In this document: positions 52,771-62,932 of the stretch, piece after piece | Layout: the number at the start of each line of letters is the position of its first letter | Position numbering within the stretch: position 1 is the stretch's first letter | Assembly: GCA_030730365.1 (NCBI GenBank) | Contig: JANQVJ010000012.1 | Span: forward strand, 108,642 to 172,641 | Origin: Verrucomicrobiales bacterium | Lineage (GTDB): Bacteria; Verrucomicrobiota; Verrucomicrobiia; Verrucomicrobiales; DEV007 | Length of the DNA: 64,000 nt | Reading direction: 5' to 3' | Made by a program: the position numbers and the translations under genes | The notes under the pieces: model-generated | Databases searched by the model: none | Seen by the model: only the letters and a program-made list of their open reading frames with translations | What the model was told of the DNA's origin: nothing

Positions 52771-53223
52771 ATGACTGACGACCTCATTATCCGCTACCTG
52801 CACTTTGTCTCGATCTTCATCCTCGTTGCGGCGGTGCTGGGACAACATCTCATCCTGCGCGGCTCGATCACCCGCGCGCTCGTAGGGAAGGCGCAAAAGC
52901 TGGATATCGCGTATGCCATCGCGGTCGTCGTCGTCCTCGCGACCGGGCTGCTGCAGTGGTTCGTCGTGGGGAAACCGGCTGACTTTTACTCGTCGAATCC
53001 CGTCTTCCACACCAAGCTGACGCTCTTTCTCGTCATTGGACTGGTCTCGATCTATCCCAGCGTCTACCTGGGGAAGAACCGCAAGGGGGCCCCGGACGAG
53101 CTCGTCACGATTCCGAAGGGGATCATTTGGAGTGTGAGAGTCGAGTTATTCATTCTCTTTCTCATGCCGCTTCTCGCCACTCTCATGGCGCGGGGGATCG
53201 GCATCGCGTTCGTCACGGAATGA
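52771..53223 (+). CDS. DUF2214 family membrane protein
   Basis: YLHF, LDIAYAIA, TGLLQW..GKPADFY..FHTKLTLF, LLATLMARGIG. Confidence 0.8.
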   Translation: MTDDLIIRYLHFVSIFILVAAVLGQHLILRGSITRALVGKAQKLDIAYAIAVVVVLATGLLQWFVVGKPADFYSSNPVFHTKLTLFLVIGLVSIYPSVYLGKNRKGAPDELVTIPKGIIWSVRVELFILFLMPLLATLMARGIGIAFVTE

Positions 53224-54113
53224 AGCCTTCCCGCTTACGGCTGCGGCCGGTCCCGCTTGTGCCTTTTGATGAGGCGACCGCTCATGTGGCGTCCCATGAC
53301 TTTCTCGAGATCGAGGGACAGCGTATTCATGTGAGGGTTTCGGGGGAAGGGCCGCCGCTGCTGCTGCTGCACGGCTTCATGGCATCGCACTATTCCTTTC
53401 GCCGCATCGTCCCGGAGCTCGCCCGACATTTCCGGGTGATCTCTATTGATCTGAACGGCTTCGGTCTGACGGAGCGCCCTGCTTCGCCCGAGGCCTATCG
53501 TATCGGGGATCAGGCCGATCTCGTCGTGCGCGTTCTCGAGAAAATCGGCGCGACTCCGGTGACGATTCTGGGCCATTCCTACGGCGCGGCGGTGGCCTCG
53601 GTAACGGCATTGCGACATCCTGAAGCGGTGCGGGGGCTCATCCTCGTGAGTCCTGCCTCGCGTTTCGATAAACTTCCCTGGTATCTGAAAATACGCGCCG
53701 GAAAAGAGGTTCTCTATTTTCTCTGTCGACGTCTCCTTTCCCACCCCGAGCATTACCGACGCATCTCCGAGCGCGCCTTTCACGTGGAAGGTTCGCACAC
53801 AGAGGAGGACTCCGAGACCTATCGGGGGCATCTTCTCGTCGAGGGGCTCCGGTCCACTTTTTTCGGTTTGATGGAAATGCTCGGGGGAAAAGGATTTGGA
53901 CGAATCCCCTTTGAAGAGATTCAAGCACCTGCGCTGGTCCTCGCGGGGGACAGGGATATCATCATCCCGCTCGAGCAGTGTCGCGAAGTGGCGGAGCAGT
54001 TGCCCGGCGGTCGGCTCGAGATACTCGAGGAATGCGGTCACTCCGGCCCCGAAGAGCGACCCGATGAAGTCATAGCGGCGCTGCTGAGTTTTGTCGCTCA
54101 GTGCCGATTCTGA
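53220..54113 (+). CDS. Alpha/beta fold hydrolase
   Basis: LLHGF, IDLNGFGLT, GHSYG nucleophile elbow, LAGDRD, CGH. ATGA overlap with the previous gene. Confidence 0.9.
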   Translation: MKPSRLRLRPVPLVPFDEATAHVASHDFLEIEGQRIHVRVSGEGPPLLLLHGFMASHYSFRRIVPELARHFRVISIDLNGFGLTERPASPEAYRIGDQADLVVRVLEKIGATPVTILGHSYGAAVASVTALRHPEAVRGLILVSPASRFDKLPWYLKIRAGKEVLYFLCRRLLSHPEHYRRISERAFHVEGSHTEEDSETYRGHLLVEGLRSTFFGLMEMLGGKGFGRIPFEEIQAPALVLAGDRDIIIPLEQCREVAEQLPGGRLEILEECGHSGPEERPDEVIAALLSFVAQCRF

Positions 54114-54808
54114 CCCGCATATGTCTGGATCACGTCGATGAGGTGCTGGCCGGTCGCGGTGGGTCGAATCGCAGGATCAAAGAGGATGTCGTTCATGCTC
54201 CGGCCATAGTAGACGTCGTTGTTCTTTGTGGCGGGGAGGATGCCTCCGCCTTTAAACGCGGCCCCCGCAAAAAGTCCTTCTGCGCTGGTGTAAACGAGGA
54301 TGGGGGACTTCATCGTGGTGGTGTCGATCTTCCCGCCGGTATCGTTGGGACCTGCCGTCGCGGCGACATCGACACCGACATCGAGCGACCCGCCGAGGAG
54401 AGGTTTCAGGGCGGTTTCGTTCATCAGCACGTAAATAATAACCGACTCCTGCGCGCCGATCTGGAGACCGTAGCTGCCCTCGGCCGAGGCGATGAAGGCG
54501 GGGGCGCTCCAGACTCCCGTAGTTTTATTCCGCACCATCGCGACGCCGTTGCCGGCTTCGCCGCCAATGCCGAGTCCGGCTTTTACCTTGTGCAGGATAA
54601 TAATGCCGTGAGCCTTCGCGATGACCTCGGCCGGAATGCGCTTTTTCGGCTCTGCCTGCATCTCGACAAAGCGCTCGGAAGCGCGCCTGATACGAATATC
54701 GAGCTTCTCAGCTGATTTTTTGAAAGGACCGGCAAGAGCGTCATCGACTCCAGCGCTGAGAGAGAGGGAGACGGCGAGGAGTAGAGCGGAGATGGGGCGG
54801 AATTTCAT
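54098..54808 (-). CDS. Lipid-binding SYLF (Ysc84) domain protein, exported
   Basis: Signal peptide, KAGLGIGGEAGNGV, WSAPAF, SYGLQIGAQ, AEGLFAGAAFKG, NDVYYG. Confidence 0.88.
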   Translation of the reverse strand: MKFRPISALLLAVSLSLSAGVDDALAGPFKKSAEKLDIRIRRASERFVEMQAEPKKRIPAEVIAKAHGIIILHKVKAGLGIGGEAGNGVAMVRNKTTGVWSAPAFIASAEGSYGLQIGAQESVIIYVLMNETALKPLLGGSLDVGVDVAATAGPNDTGGKIDTTTMKSPILVYTSAEGLFAGAAFKGGGILPATKNNDVYYGRSMNDILFDPAIRPTATGQHLIDVIQTYAGQNRH

Positions 54809-54913
54809 GGTCGGGGGAGCAGAACCTCCCCTTCTGAAACGGAATAACTTTAACAATTATTAGTTAAACAAGTAAAAGTGAATGGAGAACACCCGGGATG
54901 TGCGGGAAGAGAA

Positions 54914-55213
54914 TTACCTGACGGCGCGTTTGTAAGTGCCGTCCATCGCGACGCGCAGCCCGATCTCCTTGCGACCTTCGGTCTGGGCGTCAAACTCTTT
55001 ACTCCAGAGCACCTCCCAGTAGGCGGATCCGCTAAAGGGCGACTCCTTCTTGTAATTGACTTCGACGATGTAAACCGTCGCATCGAGACCGCGGGAGGCG
55101 AGATCCTCCTGGGCAATCGTGGCGGCCTGGGCCGCACTCAGAGCCGGGGCATTGGCCGGGGAGAGGGTCGTGAGGGAGACTAGGAGCACCACAGCGAGAA
55201 AGAGCGTTTTCAT
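54914..55213 (-). CDS. Small exported hypothetical protein
   Basis: Signal peptide MKTLFLAVVLL, PepSY-like AATIAQEDL...YWEVLW...VAMDG. Start estimated. Confidence 0.65.
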   Translation of the reverse strand: MKTLFLAVVLLVSLTTLSPANAPALSAAQAATIAQEDLASRGLDATVYIVEVNYKKESPFSGSAYWEVLWSKEFDAQTEGRKEIGLRVAMDGTYKRAVR

Positions 55214-55344
55214 AAGAGGCAGAAAGTCGGGAATCTCCCGACCGTAACGCCTTCCGAGGCCGGTCGTCAACTGGCATGAGGAGGCCCCGTAAAGGAAATC
55301 ACCGTACTTGCTTCGGGACGCTCACTGGCTAAAGCTACCAACCC

Positions 55345-56334
55345 ATGAGCAATCCCTTCGAACATTTCACGACGTCGGACGGCGGTCTTTTCCCCTCGGT
55401 CGGTCTCGGTACCTGGAAAATCCCCGACGCCGTCCTTCCCGACCTCATTCCCGCGGCAGTCGATCTCGGTTACCGGCATTTTGATTGTGCCTGCGACTAC
55501 GGCAATGAAAAGGCGGTCGGCGAGGGTCTGAAGCGCTCGCTCTCCGCGGGCGCGTGCACCCGTGACGATCTCTGGATCACCTCTAAGCTTTGGAATACCT
55601 ACCATCATCCCGATCATGTTCGTGCCGCTTGCGAGCGAAATCTCGCCGATCTCGGGCTCGATGAACTCGATCTCTATCTTATCCATTTTCCCGTGACGCT
55701 GGCTTATGTGCCCTTCGAGGAGCGTTATCCCCCGGGCTGGTTTTTTGATCCCGAGGCGGAGAGTCCGGCCATGAAACCGGTCCGTGTCCCCCTCGCCGAC
55801 ACCTGGGGAGCGATGGAGGGACTCGTCGAGGCCGGCCTCGTGAAGCGAATCGGCGTGTGCAACTTCGGCACCGCGCTCATCCGCGATCTCCAATCCTACG
55901 CACGGATCCAGCCCTCAGTCCTGCAAGTGGAGATGCACCCCTACCTTACCCAGCAGAAGCTTTTGCGCTTTTGTCAGGAGGAAAATATCACCGTGACCGC
56001 CTTCTCGCCTTTCGGCGCGAGTTCCTACGTGCCGCTCAACATGGCGGGGGCGAACGAGTCCGTCCTCGACGATCCCGAAGTCATCGCGATCGCCGGAGAT
56101 CTCGGGAAAACGCCGGGACAGGTCGTGCTGCGCTGGGCGATCCAGCGGGGCACCGTGACGATTCCGAAGACGCAGACGGTCGCCCATCTGCGGGACAATA
56201 TTGAGCTCTTCGACTTTGAACTCGGCAATGGTGAAATGACGCGTCTCGACCGGCTCGACCGCAATCGCCGTTTCAATGATCCCGCAGAGTTCGGCGAGGC
56301 TGCCTTCAATACTTTTTACCCCATCTTTGATTAA
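55345..56334 (+). CDS. Aldo/keto reductase
   Basis: VGLGTW, FDCACDYGNE, TSKLWN, LYLIHFP, IGVCNF, QVEMHPY, TIPK. Confidence 0.93.
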   Translation: MSNPFEHFTTSDGGLFPSVGLGTWKIPDAVLPDLIPAAVDLGYRHFDCACDYGNEKAVGEGLKRSLSAGACTRDDLWITSKLWNTYHHPDHVRAACERNLADLGLDELDLYLIHFPVTLAYVPFEERYPPGWFFDPEAESPAMKPVRVPLADTWGAMEGLVEAGLVKRIGVCNFGTALIRDLQSYARIQPSVLQVEMHPYLTQQKLLRFCQEENITVTAFSPFGASSYVPLNMAGANESVLDDPEVIAIAGDLGKTPGQVVLRWAIQRGTVTIPKTQTVAHLRDNIELFDFELGNGEMTRLDRLDRNRRFNDPAEFGEAAFNTFYPIFD

Positions 56335-56452
56335 TTGATGCGGAGCAGCTGCCGGAGCGGAGCAATGCCGGTCCGGGCAGGATCAGTCACCCTACCCCGG
56401 TGCCAGTCTCGCGGGGAGGATGGAGCAACTGGAGGGCTTGTGTTCAAAAGGT

Positions 56453-57388
56453 TTACCCCATCGCCCACGGCACCCATCCCGCGCGCAGCATGGCGAGCAG
56501 CCCGGTCACGATGACGGCGGCGAAGAGGGTCGAGTAGAGCACCGCCGCCGCCGCGAAACGATGATCCGCTTTGAACTCGTGCGCGAGCAGAGCGGTGTTC
56601 ACGGCAGTGGGGGCGGCCGCGCCGACGATGAGGATGGCCGCGATCTCTCCCTGGAATCCGAAGAGCCAGGTCAAGCCCGTCGCGACGAGCGGGCCTCCGA
56701 TGAGACGGATGAAGAGAGTGATTCCGAGGGTGCCCCGCGGCGCGGGTGGACGTGTTTTGGCGAGCTGCACGCCGAGGGTGAGCAGGGCGAAAGCGACGAG
56801 ACCATCGGCGAGGTAACTCAGAGGAGTCCACACGAAGATGATATTCTCAAGAGGATTGTCGAGCGCGCGCAGGATCAGGGCGGTTAGAATGGCGTAGGGC
56901 GAGGGCTGTTTCAGGATGGGGAGAAACCAGCCTTTGCGATCGGAACTGCCGGCGTTGGCGAGGAAGATCCCGAGGGAAAAGCCGGTGAGGTTCATCGTCG
57001 CGAGGACGAAGACCTGCACGACCGCGCCGAGTTCGGAAAAAGCGAGGGTCATTAGGGGGATACCCCAGTTCCCGCAATTGTAGATCATCGTGCTCAGCTT
57101 CATCGCGTAGCGTTCGCCGGGCGGGATACGGCGGATCGCGCAGACGATCCAGCTGATCGCTCCCATCGAGAGGATCACCGAAACGGTAAAGGCGACGATT
57201 TTGAGTCCAATGACTCCGGCGAGGTCTGAGGTCGAGAGCCTCACGAGGATGAAGGCGGGGACAAAGAGATAGAGATTCAGTTTAACGAGCGTCTTCAAAT
57301 CGAAGTCGAAGAGACGGTCGAGGCCCCAACCCAGTCCGATGAGGATGAGAATGGGCAGGCAGACGTCGACGAAGATCTGAAAGAGCAT
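56453..57388 (-). CDS. AEC family transporter
   Basis: About 10 TMs, NLYLFVPA, NCGNWGIP, APTAVNTALLA. Confidence 0.88.
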   Translation of the reverse strand: MLFQIFVDVCLPILILIGLGWGLDRLFDFDLKTLVKLNLYLFVPAFILVRLSTSDLAGVIGLKIVAFTVSVILSMGAISWIVCAIRRIPPGERYAMKLSTMIYNCGNWGIPLMTLAFSELGAVVQVFVLATMNLTGFSLGIFLANAGSSDRKGWFLPILKQPSPYAILTALILRALDNPLENIIFVWTPLSYLADGLVAFALLTLGVQLAKTRPPAPRGTLGITLFIRLIGGPLVATGLTWLFGFQGEIAAILIVGAAAPTAVNTALLAHEFKADHRFAAAAVLYSTLFAAVIVTGLLAMLRAGWVPWAMG

Positions 57389-57456
57389 GTCCTGCGATCA
57401 TTCACGCCGAAAGGCGGCGCGGCAACTGCGAAGGGAGCTCTTTTTCCCTCCGCCGC

Positions 57457-60144
57457 TCAGGGCGTCTTGAGGATGTAAGCGATGAGGTCTGCCATCTCGT
57501 CGACCGTCAGGGTGGCCTCGAGTCCCACGGGCATGAGCGACTGGCCGAGTCCCTTCATCGCGGCGACTTCGCTGCGTGGGAAAGTGCGGTCGATCCCGCC
57601 GGGCTGACGGAGGGTCACCTCGGTTGCATTTTCCGAAAGGATGAACCCGGTCGCGGGCGGTCCCGAGGTGAACTCGAAGGTGTAGGCCTGATACTGCGGG
57701 GCGACCTCGCGATTCGGATCGAGGATGTTTCCGAGGAGCGTCTCGGCTCCGGCTGCGGAGAAGCTCGCGAGGGCGGGCCCGAGATTGATCCCGAGACCCT
57801 CGTAGGAAACGTGGCAGGCGATGCAGGCTTTCGAAAAGGCGGCCTTGCCCTTTTCAGCATCACCCTTTTTCGCGAGAGCAGGTTGATAGGCGGAGATGAC
57901 ATCGGCCCGCGAGACTACCGGCGGCAGTACTTCGGCGGCAAGGCTCTGCACCGAGGCATCGGCGTGACGGCGCAGGTTTTCGACGAGGCTGGCGGGGGTG
58001 TCGGAGAGTTTGATTTTACCGTCGCGGACGGCGGTGAGAAAGGCCGCGGAGCTTTTTGCATTCGCGAGGATGCGACTGCCGAGTTCATCGCGGGCCGATG
58101 ACTCGAGCGAGGCGAATCGTCCGATGAGGAAATCGAGATCAGAGATGGCGATGACGAGCGATGCCGCGAGGGCGGGATCGGGATTCCCCTCTAGCAGGAC
58201 AGTGCGGAAGGTCTCCTGCGCCGGGCCGGGCGTGAGGAGGGAGAGCAATCGAACCGAATCAACCCGCGCCGCCGTGGGGGATGAGGGGTTTGTCAGGATC
58301 GTCGAGGCCTTTTCCGTCAGCCCAGCCCAGCGCGGGTCTTTCGTGAAACCTGCCCAGTCGCCGCGTGCCCGGGTCATGCCTTCACGCAGGTTCGTGAGGA
58401 GAGACACGGTCGCGGCATCGGGGCTGCCTGCGGCAAGGTCGGCGGCGATCGTGGCGAGCAGTTCGGTCGCACCGCTGCGGCCTATCATCCCCGCGAGCTC
58501 GGCGCGGAACGCGGCGGGGGCGGATGTGGCGGCAGCCCACGCGGCGGTGAGGTCGGCGGCGGTGCGGAGCGAGTTCAGGATTGCGGCTTCCATCCAGGGA
58601 TCTCCGGAGCCGGACTCGATCTCGTCGAGGAGCGGAGTCTCTGAGGCGAGGACTGCGGGGAAGGGGGCGTGAGGCGCGATCGGCGGTGCCGGCTTGCCAC
58701 GCTCGTAGAGGAGACGACGGGAGGTCGTGCGATGCCAGTCGTTCTCGTGTTTTGTCAGGATGGCGAGTTCGTCATCGGAGAGCGCCCCGAGATCGGGGAT
58801 CTTCGGCGCGGTGAAACCTGCCGGAGCAATCCGGTAGATGCGACCCCGGTCATTACCGCTGTTGAGGTCGAGGTGCTTTTTGATCGGCTCGGGAAGTGAC
58901 CAGGGGTGCTCGATGACCTCGCGATACATGTCCGTGACGTAGAGACAACCGTCGGGTCCGCTCGTGATGGAGGTAGGGCGGAACCAGTAATCGCGGCTGC
59001 GGATGAACTCGGTTTTTTCCTCCGGATCGGGGCGTGTTCCGACGGGTCGAACGGAGCCCGGGGCTGTCGAGATGATCTTGCGGTGAATGAGATTGCTGCC
59101 GACATCGCCGATGAAGGCATTGTCGCGGAACTCGGGCGGAAAGGCGTCGCCCCAGTACATGTGAATGCCCGAGGCGGCAACGAGGAATCCCGAGACGCGT
59201 CCGCCGCCTTCGACGATGCCTTTGACGACCCCGGCGACGCGCCAGCGGGTCCGCACGATGCGCCAGGGTTCGTCGGGGCTGATGCGGTAGACGGTTGGGG
59301 CGGGACCGTCGGCGGGGATGTCGATGAGCGGCGGGGGAAGGCTGAACCAAGGATTCGTCTTCGCCTGCTGGCGCTCGTAGGCGACCCAGATGAGGTGGCG
59401 CGAGTTACTGCAGACGAAGCGGCGTCCATGGGAGTCAAAGCTCATCCCATACTGGGCGGTGCCGTTTTCCTGACGCAGATCGAGTTTTTCCGGATCAAAG
59501 GAGAAGTCCGATCCGCGGAGGGTGACGGCTTCGAAAGAGGCTTCGTCGGGCCGTGTCACGGTGCCGCCGTTCGCCGCTGTCGCGCCCCAGATACGGTTGT
59601 CGGGTCCCCAGCGCAGGCTGTTGAAGAGGGCCTGCATGTTCAGCCGGATGTCGTTCCCCCCGCCGAAGCCGGTGAAGACGGTGCGCTCCTCATCGCAGAT
59701 GCCGTCGCCGTTGGTGTCTTTGAAATAGTAAAGATCGGGAGTGGCGCCGACGAAGACGCCTCCGTCATAACACAGGATCGCGCTGGGCCATTTCAGCTTG
59801 TCTTTGAAAACGACACTCGTGTCAAAGACCCCGTCGCTGTCAGCGTCGGTGAGCAACCGCACCTGGCAGACGGCGTCCTCGCGCCGCTCGGAGTAACCAA
59901 TCATTTCCACGACGTAGGCGCGGCCTTTTTCATCGAAGGACATCGCGATAGGATCGGCCACGGCGGGCTCGTGGGCGGCGAGGGAGAGCGTGACCCCGGG
60001 CGCGACCTCGAAGGTGGCGAGCGCGTCGGCGGGTTCGGTCGCGGCGGCGCGGGGAAATTCATCGGCGGAGATCTCGGGACCTTCCTGGGTGGAGGCGAGG
60101 GTGCCGATAAAGAGGCAGGCGCTGGAGAGGAGAAAACGTTTCAT
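57457..60144 (-). CDS. PVC-type heme-binding CxxCH protein (GDH-like propeller + cytochrome c)
   Basis: AHEPAVADPIAMSFDE, LRWGPDNRIW, DYWFRPT..GPDG.LYVTDMYRE, GRIYRI, CIACH, SLMPVGLE. Start estimated at MKRFLL. Confidence 0.88.
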   Translation of the reverse strand: MKRFLLSSACLFIGTLASTQEGPEISADEFPRAAATEPADALATFEVAPGVTLSLAAHEPAVADPIAMSFDEKGRAYVVEMIGYSERREDAVCQVRLLTDADSDGVFDTSVVFKDKLKWPSAILCYDGGVFVGATPDLYYFKDTNGDGICDEERTVFTGFGGGNDIRLNMQALFNSLRWGPDNRIWGATAANGGTVTRPDEASFEAVTLRGSDFSFDPEKLDLRQENGTAQYGMSFDSHGRRFVCSNSRHLIWVAYERQQAKTNPWFSLPPPLIDIPADGPAPTVYRISPDEPWRIVRTRWRVAGVVKGIVEGGGRVSGFLVAASGIHMYWGDAFPPEFRDNAFIGDVGSNLIHRKIISTAPGSVRPVGTRPDPEEKTEFIRSRDYWFRPTSITSGPDGCLYVTDMYREVIEHPWSLPEPIKKHLDLNSGNDRGRIYRIAPAGFTAPKIPDLGALSDDELAILTKHENDWHRTTSRRLLYERGKPAPPIAPHAPFPAVLASETPLLDEIESGSGDPWMEAAILNSLRTAADLTAAWAAATSAPAAFRAELAGMIGRSGATELLATIAADLAAGSPDAATVSLLTNLREGMTRARGDWAGFTKDPRWAGLTEKASTILTNPSSPTAARVDSVRLLSLLTPGPAQETFRTVLLEGNPDPALAASLVIAISDLDFLIGRFASLESSARDELGSRILANAKSSAAFLTAVRDGKIKLSDTPASLVENLRRHADASVQSLAAEVLPPVVSRADVISAYQPALAKKGDAEKGKAAFSKACIACHVSYEGLGINLGPALASFSAAGAETLLGNILDPNREVAPQYQAYTFEFTSGPPATGFILSENATEVTLRQPGGIDRTFPRSEVAAMKGLGQSLMPVGLEATLTVDEMADLIAYILKTP

Positions 60145-60283
60145 CACGATGGGTTCCTTGCTGGAACGAATTTGGCGGGCGGCCTGCGGGAAGACAATGT
60201 CAAAAAAGGCGGGATCAGGTAGGGGGCGCGGCGGAAAAATGAGGATGCACGACGCAACTGCGGCGCGAGGTTCCGGAACGATC

Positions 60284-61096
60284 ATGGCTCGAAAAACCTC
60301 CCCCTTTAACCTCCTCACCGCAGCCTCTCTGGCTGCGTCGCTTTTCCTGATGAACGCTGACCTCCGCGCCGAAGTGACCTTGCCCGACCCTCTCGTCATT
60401 GCCCACCGCGGCGCCTCGGCGATCGCGCCGGAGAACACAGCATCCTCTATTCGCGAGGCGATCCGGCTCGGGGCCAAGGTGATCGAGTTCGACGTGCGGG
60501 TCACGAGCGACGGTGAGCTTGTCCTTTTTCACGACAAAGAACTCGACCGCGTCGCCGGCCGACCGGGCACGATTGAGGCGAGCGCCTGGGAGGCGGTGCA
60601 GACCTTCGATGTCGGGACCTGGTTCACCGGAGGTAAATTCGCCGGTGAAAAAGTGCTGCGTTTTGACGACGCGATCCAACTCTGCCTCGACGGCGGCGCC
60701 ACCCCCCTGATCGAACACAAAACTGGTTCGGCCGAGGCATATGCGGCGGTGATTGAAAACCTCGCGGTCGGGGACAAGGTCATCGTGCAAAGTTTTGACT
60801 GGGATTTTTTGGCGGACTTTCAAAAGGCCATGCCCGGAGTCCTCATTGGTGCGCTCGGCAGCAAGGAACTCACCTCCGATCATCTCAACGATCTAAAAAC
60901 ACTCTCGCCCGACTGGGTCGGCTGGAATTTCAATGATCTCAAAGATTCCGACATCCCCGGTCTCCACGCCCTCGGCGCGACCGTCGTGCTCTGGACTGTG
61001 AATGATCCTGATATTGCCATATCGCGCGTCGCCGCTGGCGTCGACGGGATCATCACCGATGTGCCTGACCTCGTGATCGAAGTTCTCAAGAAGTAA
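60284..61096 (+). CDS. Glycerophosphodiester phosphodiesterase
   Basis: IAHRGASAIAPENT, IEFDVRVTSDG..LFHD, QSFD, WTVND, GVDGIITD. Confidence 0.92.
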   Translation: MARKTSPFNLLTAASLAASLFLMNADLRAEVTLPDPLVIAHRGASAIAPENTASSIREAIRLGAKVIEFDVRVTSDGELVLFHDKELDRVAGRPGTIEASAWEAVQTFDVGTWFTGGKFAGEKVLRFDDAIQLCLDGGATPLIEHKTGSAEAYAAVIENLAVGDKVIVQSFDWDFLADFQKAMPGVLIGALGSKELTSDHLNDLKTLSPDWVGWNFNDLKDSDIPGLHALGATVVLWTVNDPDIAISRVAAGVDGIITDVPDLVIEVLKK

Positions 61097-61206
61097 TCGC
61101 GAGCGAGAAAAGTGGTTGCGACTTCAGTCGCAGGACGACGCGACGGGTGCTTGCGCGGGTGGGAGGGTCGTCGGGTGCGGTCATGAGCTTGGAATCTGCC
61201 CTGACC

Positions 61207-62661
61207 TCACTTCACTTCCGCGGCCATCTCGAGCAAAGCGTCCATCACTTTTACTGAGGCTTGCGGCTCGATGTTATTGGTCCCCGGCCAGGTCTCGTAG
61301 CCGCCGAGTTCAAAATGGCGCGGGGTCGGCATGTAGCCGTAGTAGCCGTTGGCGAGTTCGATCATGAAGGACTTCGCAAAAGGGCTGCGCTCGCGGAACT
61401 CAATCCCGGTCTCGGCGAAGGTCTCGCAGGGGGTCGTCCCGATGCAGACGTCGCCGATTTTGAGAATCTGCACAGGCAGCTTTGTTTCGGGGCTGGCCCG
61501 GGAGAGGCGCTGGACGCGTCCGGCGTAGGCGAGGGGGAGGACGGCTTTGTCTCCGATACGCGGCGCGGCCGCCTCGGTCTCGCGGGCCCAGGTGAGGAGG
61601 CTCTCGTCGATGGCGCGCCATTTTACGTCGAGTTCGCGGTAGCGGGCGTCGAGGGGCGCGGCGTCAGCCCACTCGAGGGTGGCAACGGCCGCCGCGACTT
61701 TGCCGGCGAGATCGTTGGCGACGAATTGCATTTGCTCGTAGGGCGCCTTGCGTCCGCGCGGCTCGCGGAAGTTGATGTTGTTGAGGTCGCCGCTGGTGGC
61801 GTTCGCCATCATAGCGACGAGGGGGGGATCCTGTGTTTCGGTGCCGAGCGATTTTTCGATCGCCTTGCTGTAATAGCCGAAGTAGTCGGCCGAGACGTGG
61901 GCCTGACCGACGCCGCCGACGTAGTGGAGCGAGTAGGCGGAAAGCAGCGAAATGACGGGACCGCTGGGTTCGCGCAGGACGAGAAAGGAGACACGGGGAT
62001 CGATCGGACCGGCCGGCTCGACGAGATTGTCGGCTCCGGCACCGGGGTTCATCTTTACTTTTTCATCGCTCCTGCCGAAAGGATTCACCGGCATAGTGCC
62101 TTCTTTTAAAAACCAGCGGCGGTTAAAAACGTGGTCGGGCACCTCGATGCTGCCGAAGGCAATTTCGGCGGGACGGAGCAGATTGACGGAGCGACGCACG
62201 CCGTCAGCGATGCGGCGGGCGACAAAACGCTCGTAGTCCGAGAGTTCCACGTCAGAAGCATAGACCCGTGGCGTCGGGCCGAGCACGGTGGTAGCGGAGT
62301 GGGTGTGCGTCGCCGAGACCATGACATGACTCGCGGGGATCGAGAGCTCGGATTCGATGTGGCGTTTCGCCTCGAGGATGACGCTGCGGTGGATCCCGAG
62401 GAGGTCACAGACGACAAAGGCGATCTTTGTTTTTCCGTCGTCGAGGACGAGGCAGCGCGCGTGCAGTTCGTCATGGATGTGCTCGGCGGGGAAGGGGGTG
62501 AATCCGCCGACGATGGGTTCGCCAAGGGGCGGGGTGATGACGCTGGTGGCGGCGCCGGCACGCAGGGCGGGCTTTTTCGCTTCTTCCGCCTGCATTGGCG
62601 CGGGGAAAGCGGAGGCGAAGAGGAGCAGGGCAATGATGAGGATAAGGCGCAGCGGATTCAT
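61207..62661 (-). CDS. Neutral/alkaline ceramidase-like hydrolase, exported
   Basis: Signal peptide, HDELHARCLVL, VSATHTHS, VSADYFG, PCETF, LANGYYGYMPT. Start estimated at MNPLRL. Confidence 0.82.
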   Translation of the reverse strand: MNPLRLILIIALLLFASAFPAPMQAEEAKKPALRAGAATSVITPPLGEPIVGGFTPFPAEHIHDELHARCLVLDDGKTKIAFVVCDLLGIHRSVILEAKRHIESELSIPASHVMVSATHTHSATTVLGPTPRVYASDVELSDYERFVARRIADGVRRSVNLLRPAEIAFGSIEVPDHVFNRRWFLKEGTMPVNPFGRSDEKVKMNPGAGADNLVEPAGPIDPRVSFLVLREPSGPVISLLSAYSLHYVGGVGQAHVSADYFGYYSKAIEKSLGTETQDPPLVAMMANATSGDLNNINFREPRGRKAPYEQMQFVANDLAGKVAAAVATLEWADAAPLDARYRELDVKWRAIDESLLTWARETEAAAPRIGDKAVLPLAYAGRVQRLSRASPETKLPVQILKIGDVCIGTTPCETFAETGIEFRERSPFAKSFMIELANGYYGYMPTPRHFELGGYETWPGTNNIEPQASVKVMDALLEMAAEVK

Positions 62662-62890
62662 GGCCCGAGGCTGGCAGTCGGGACTCTCAGCGGCAAGACT
62701 GAAGGCGAGCTGCGGGCTGGCGTATGCGCGGGAGTTCCTGAGAATTCTGATTTTTCCAGCAGATTCAGGGAGGCCCGCAGATTTCCTTTTTGAATTCCTC
62801 CTCGAATCATCTGTTGGCGCTCCCGAGGGCCCTCCAAAGCATCCTAAAAAGCGGTTGAAGTAAGCGCGGTTCCTCACTACCTTCGCGGTC

Positions 62891-62917
62891 CCCGCAGGAA
62901 ATCCGATTTCCTGCGGG
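62891..62917. other. Perfect 12-bp hairpin/palindrome in a divergent promoter region
   Basis: CCCGCAGGAAAT-CCG-ATTTCCTGCGGG ends 15 nt before the ATG at 62933. Confidence 0.5.
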
Positions 62918-62932
62918 AAACCCGCGTAACCC

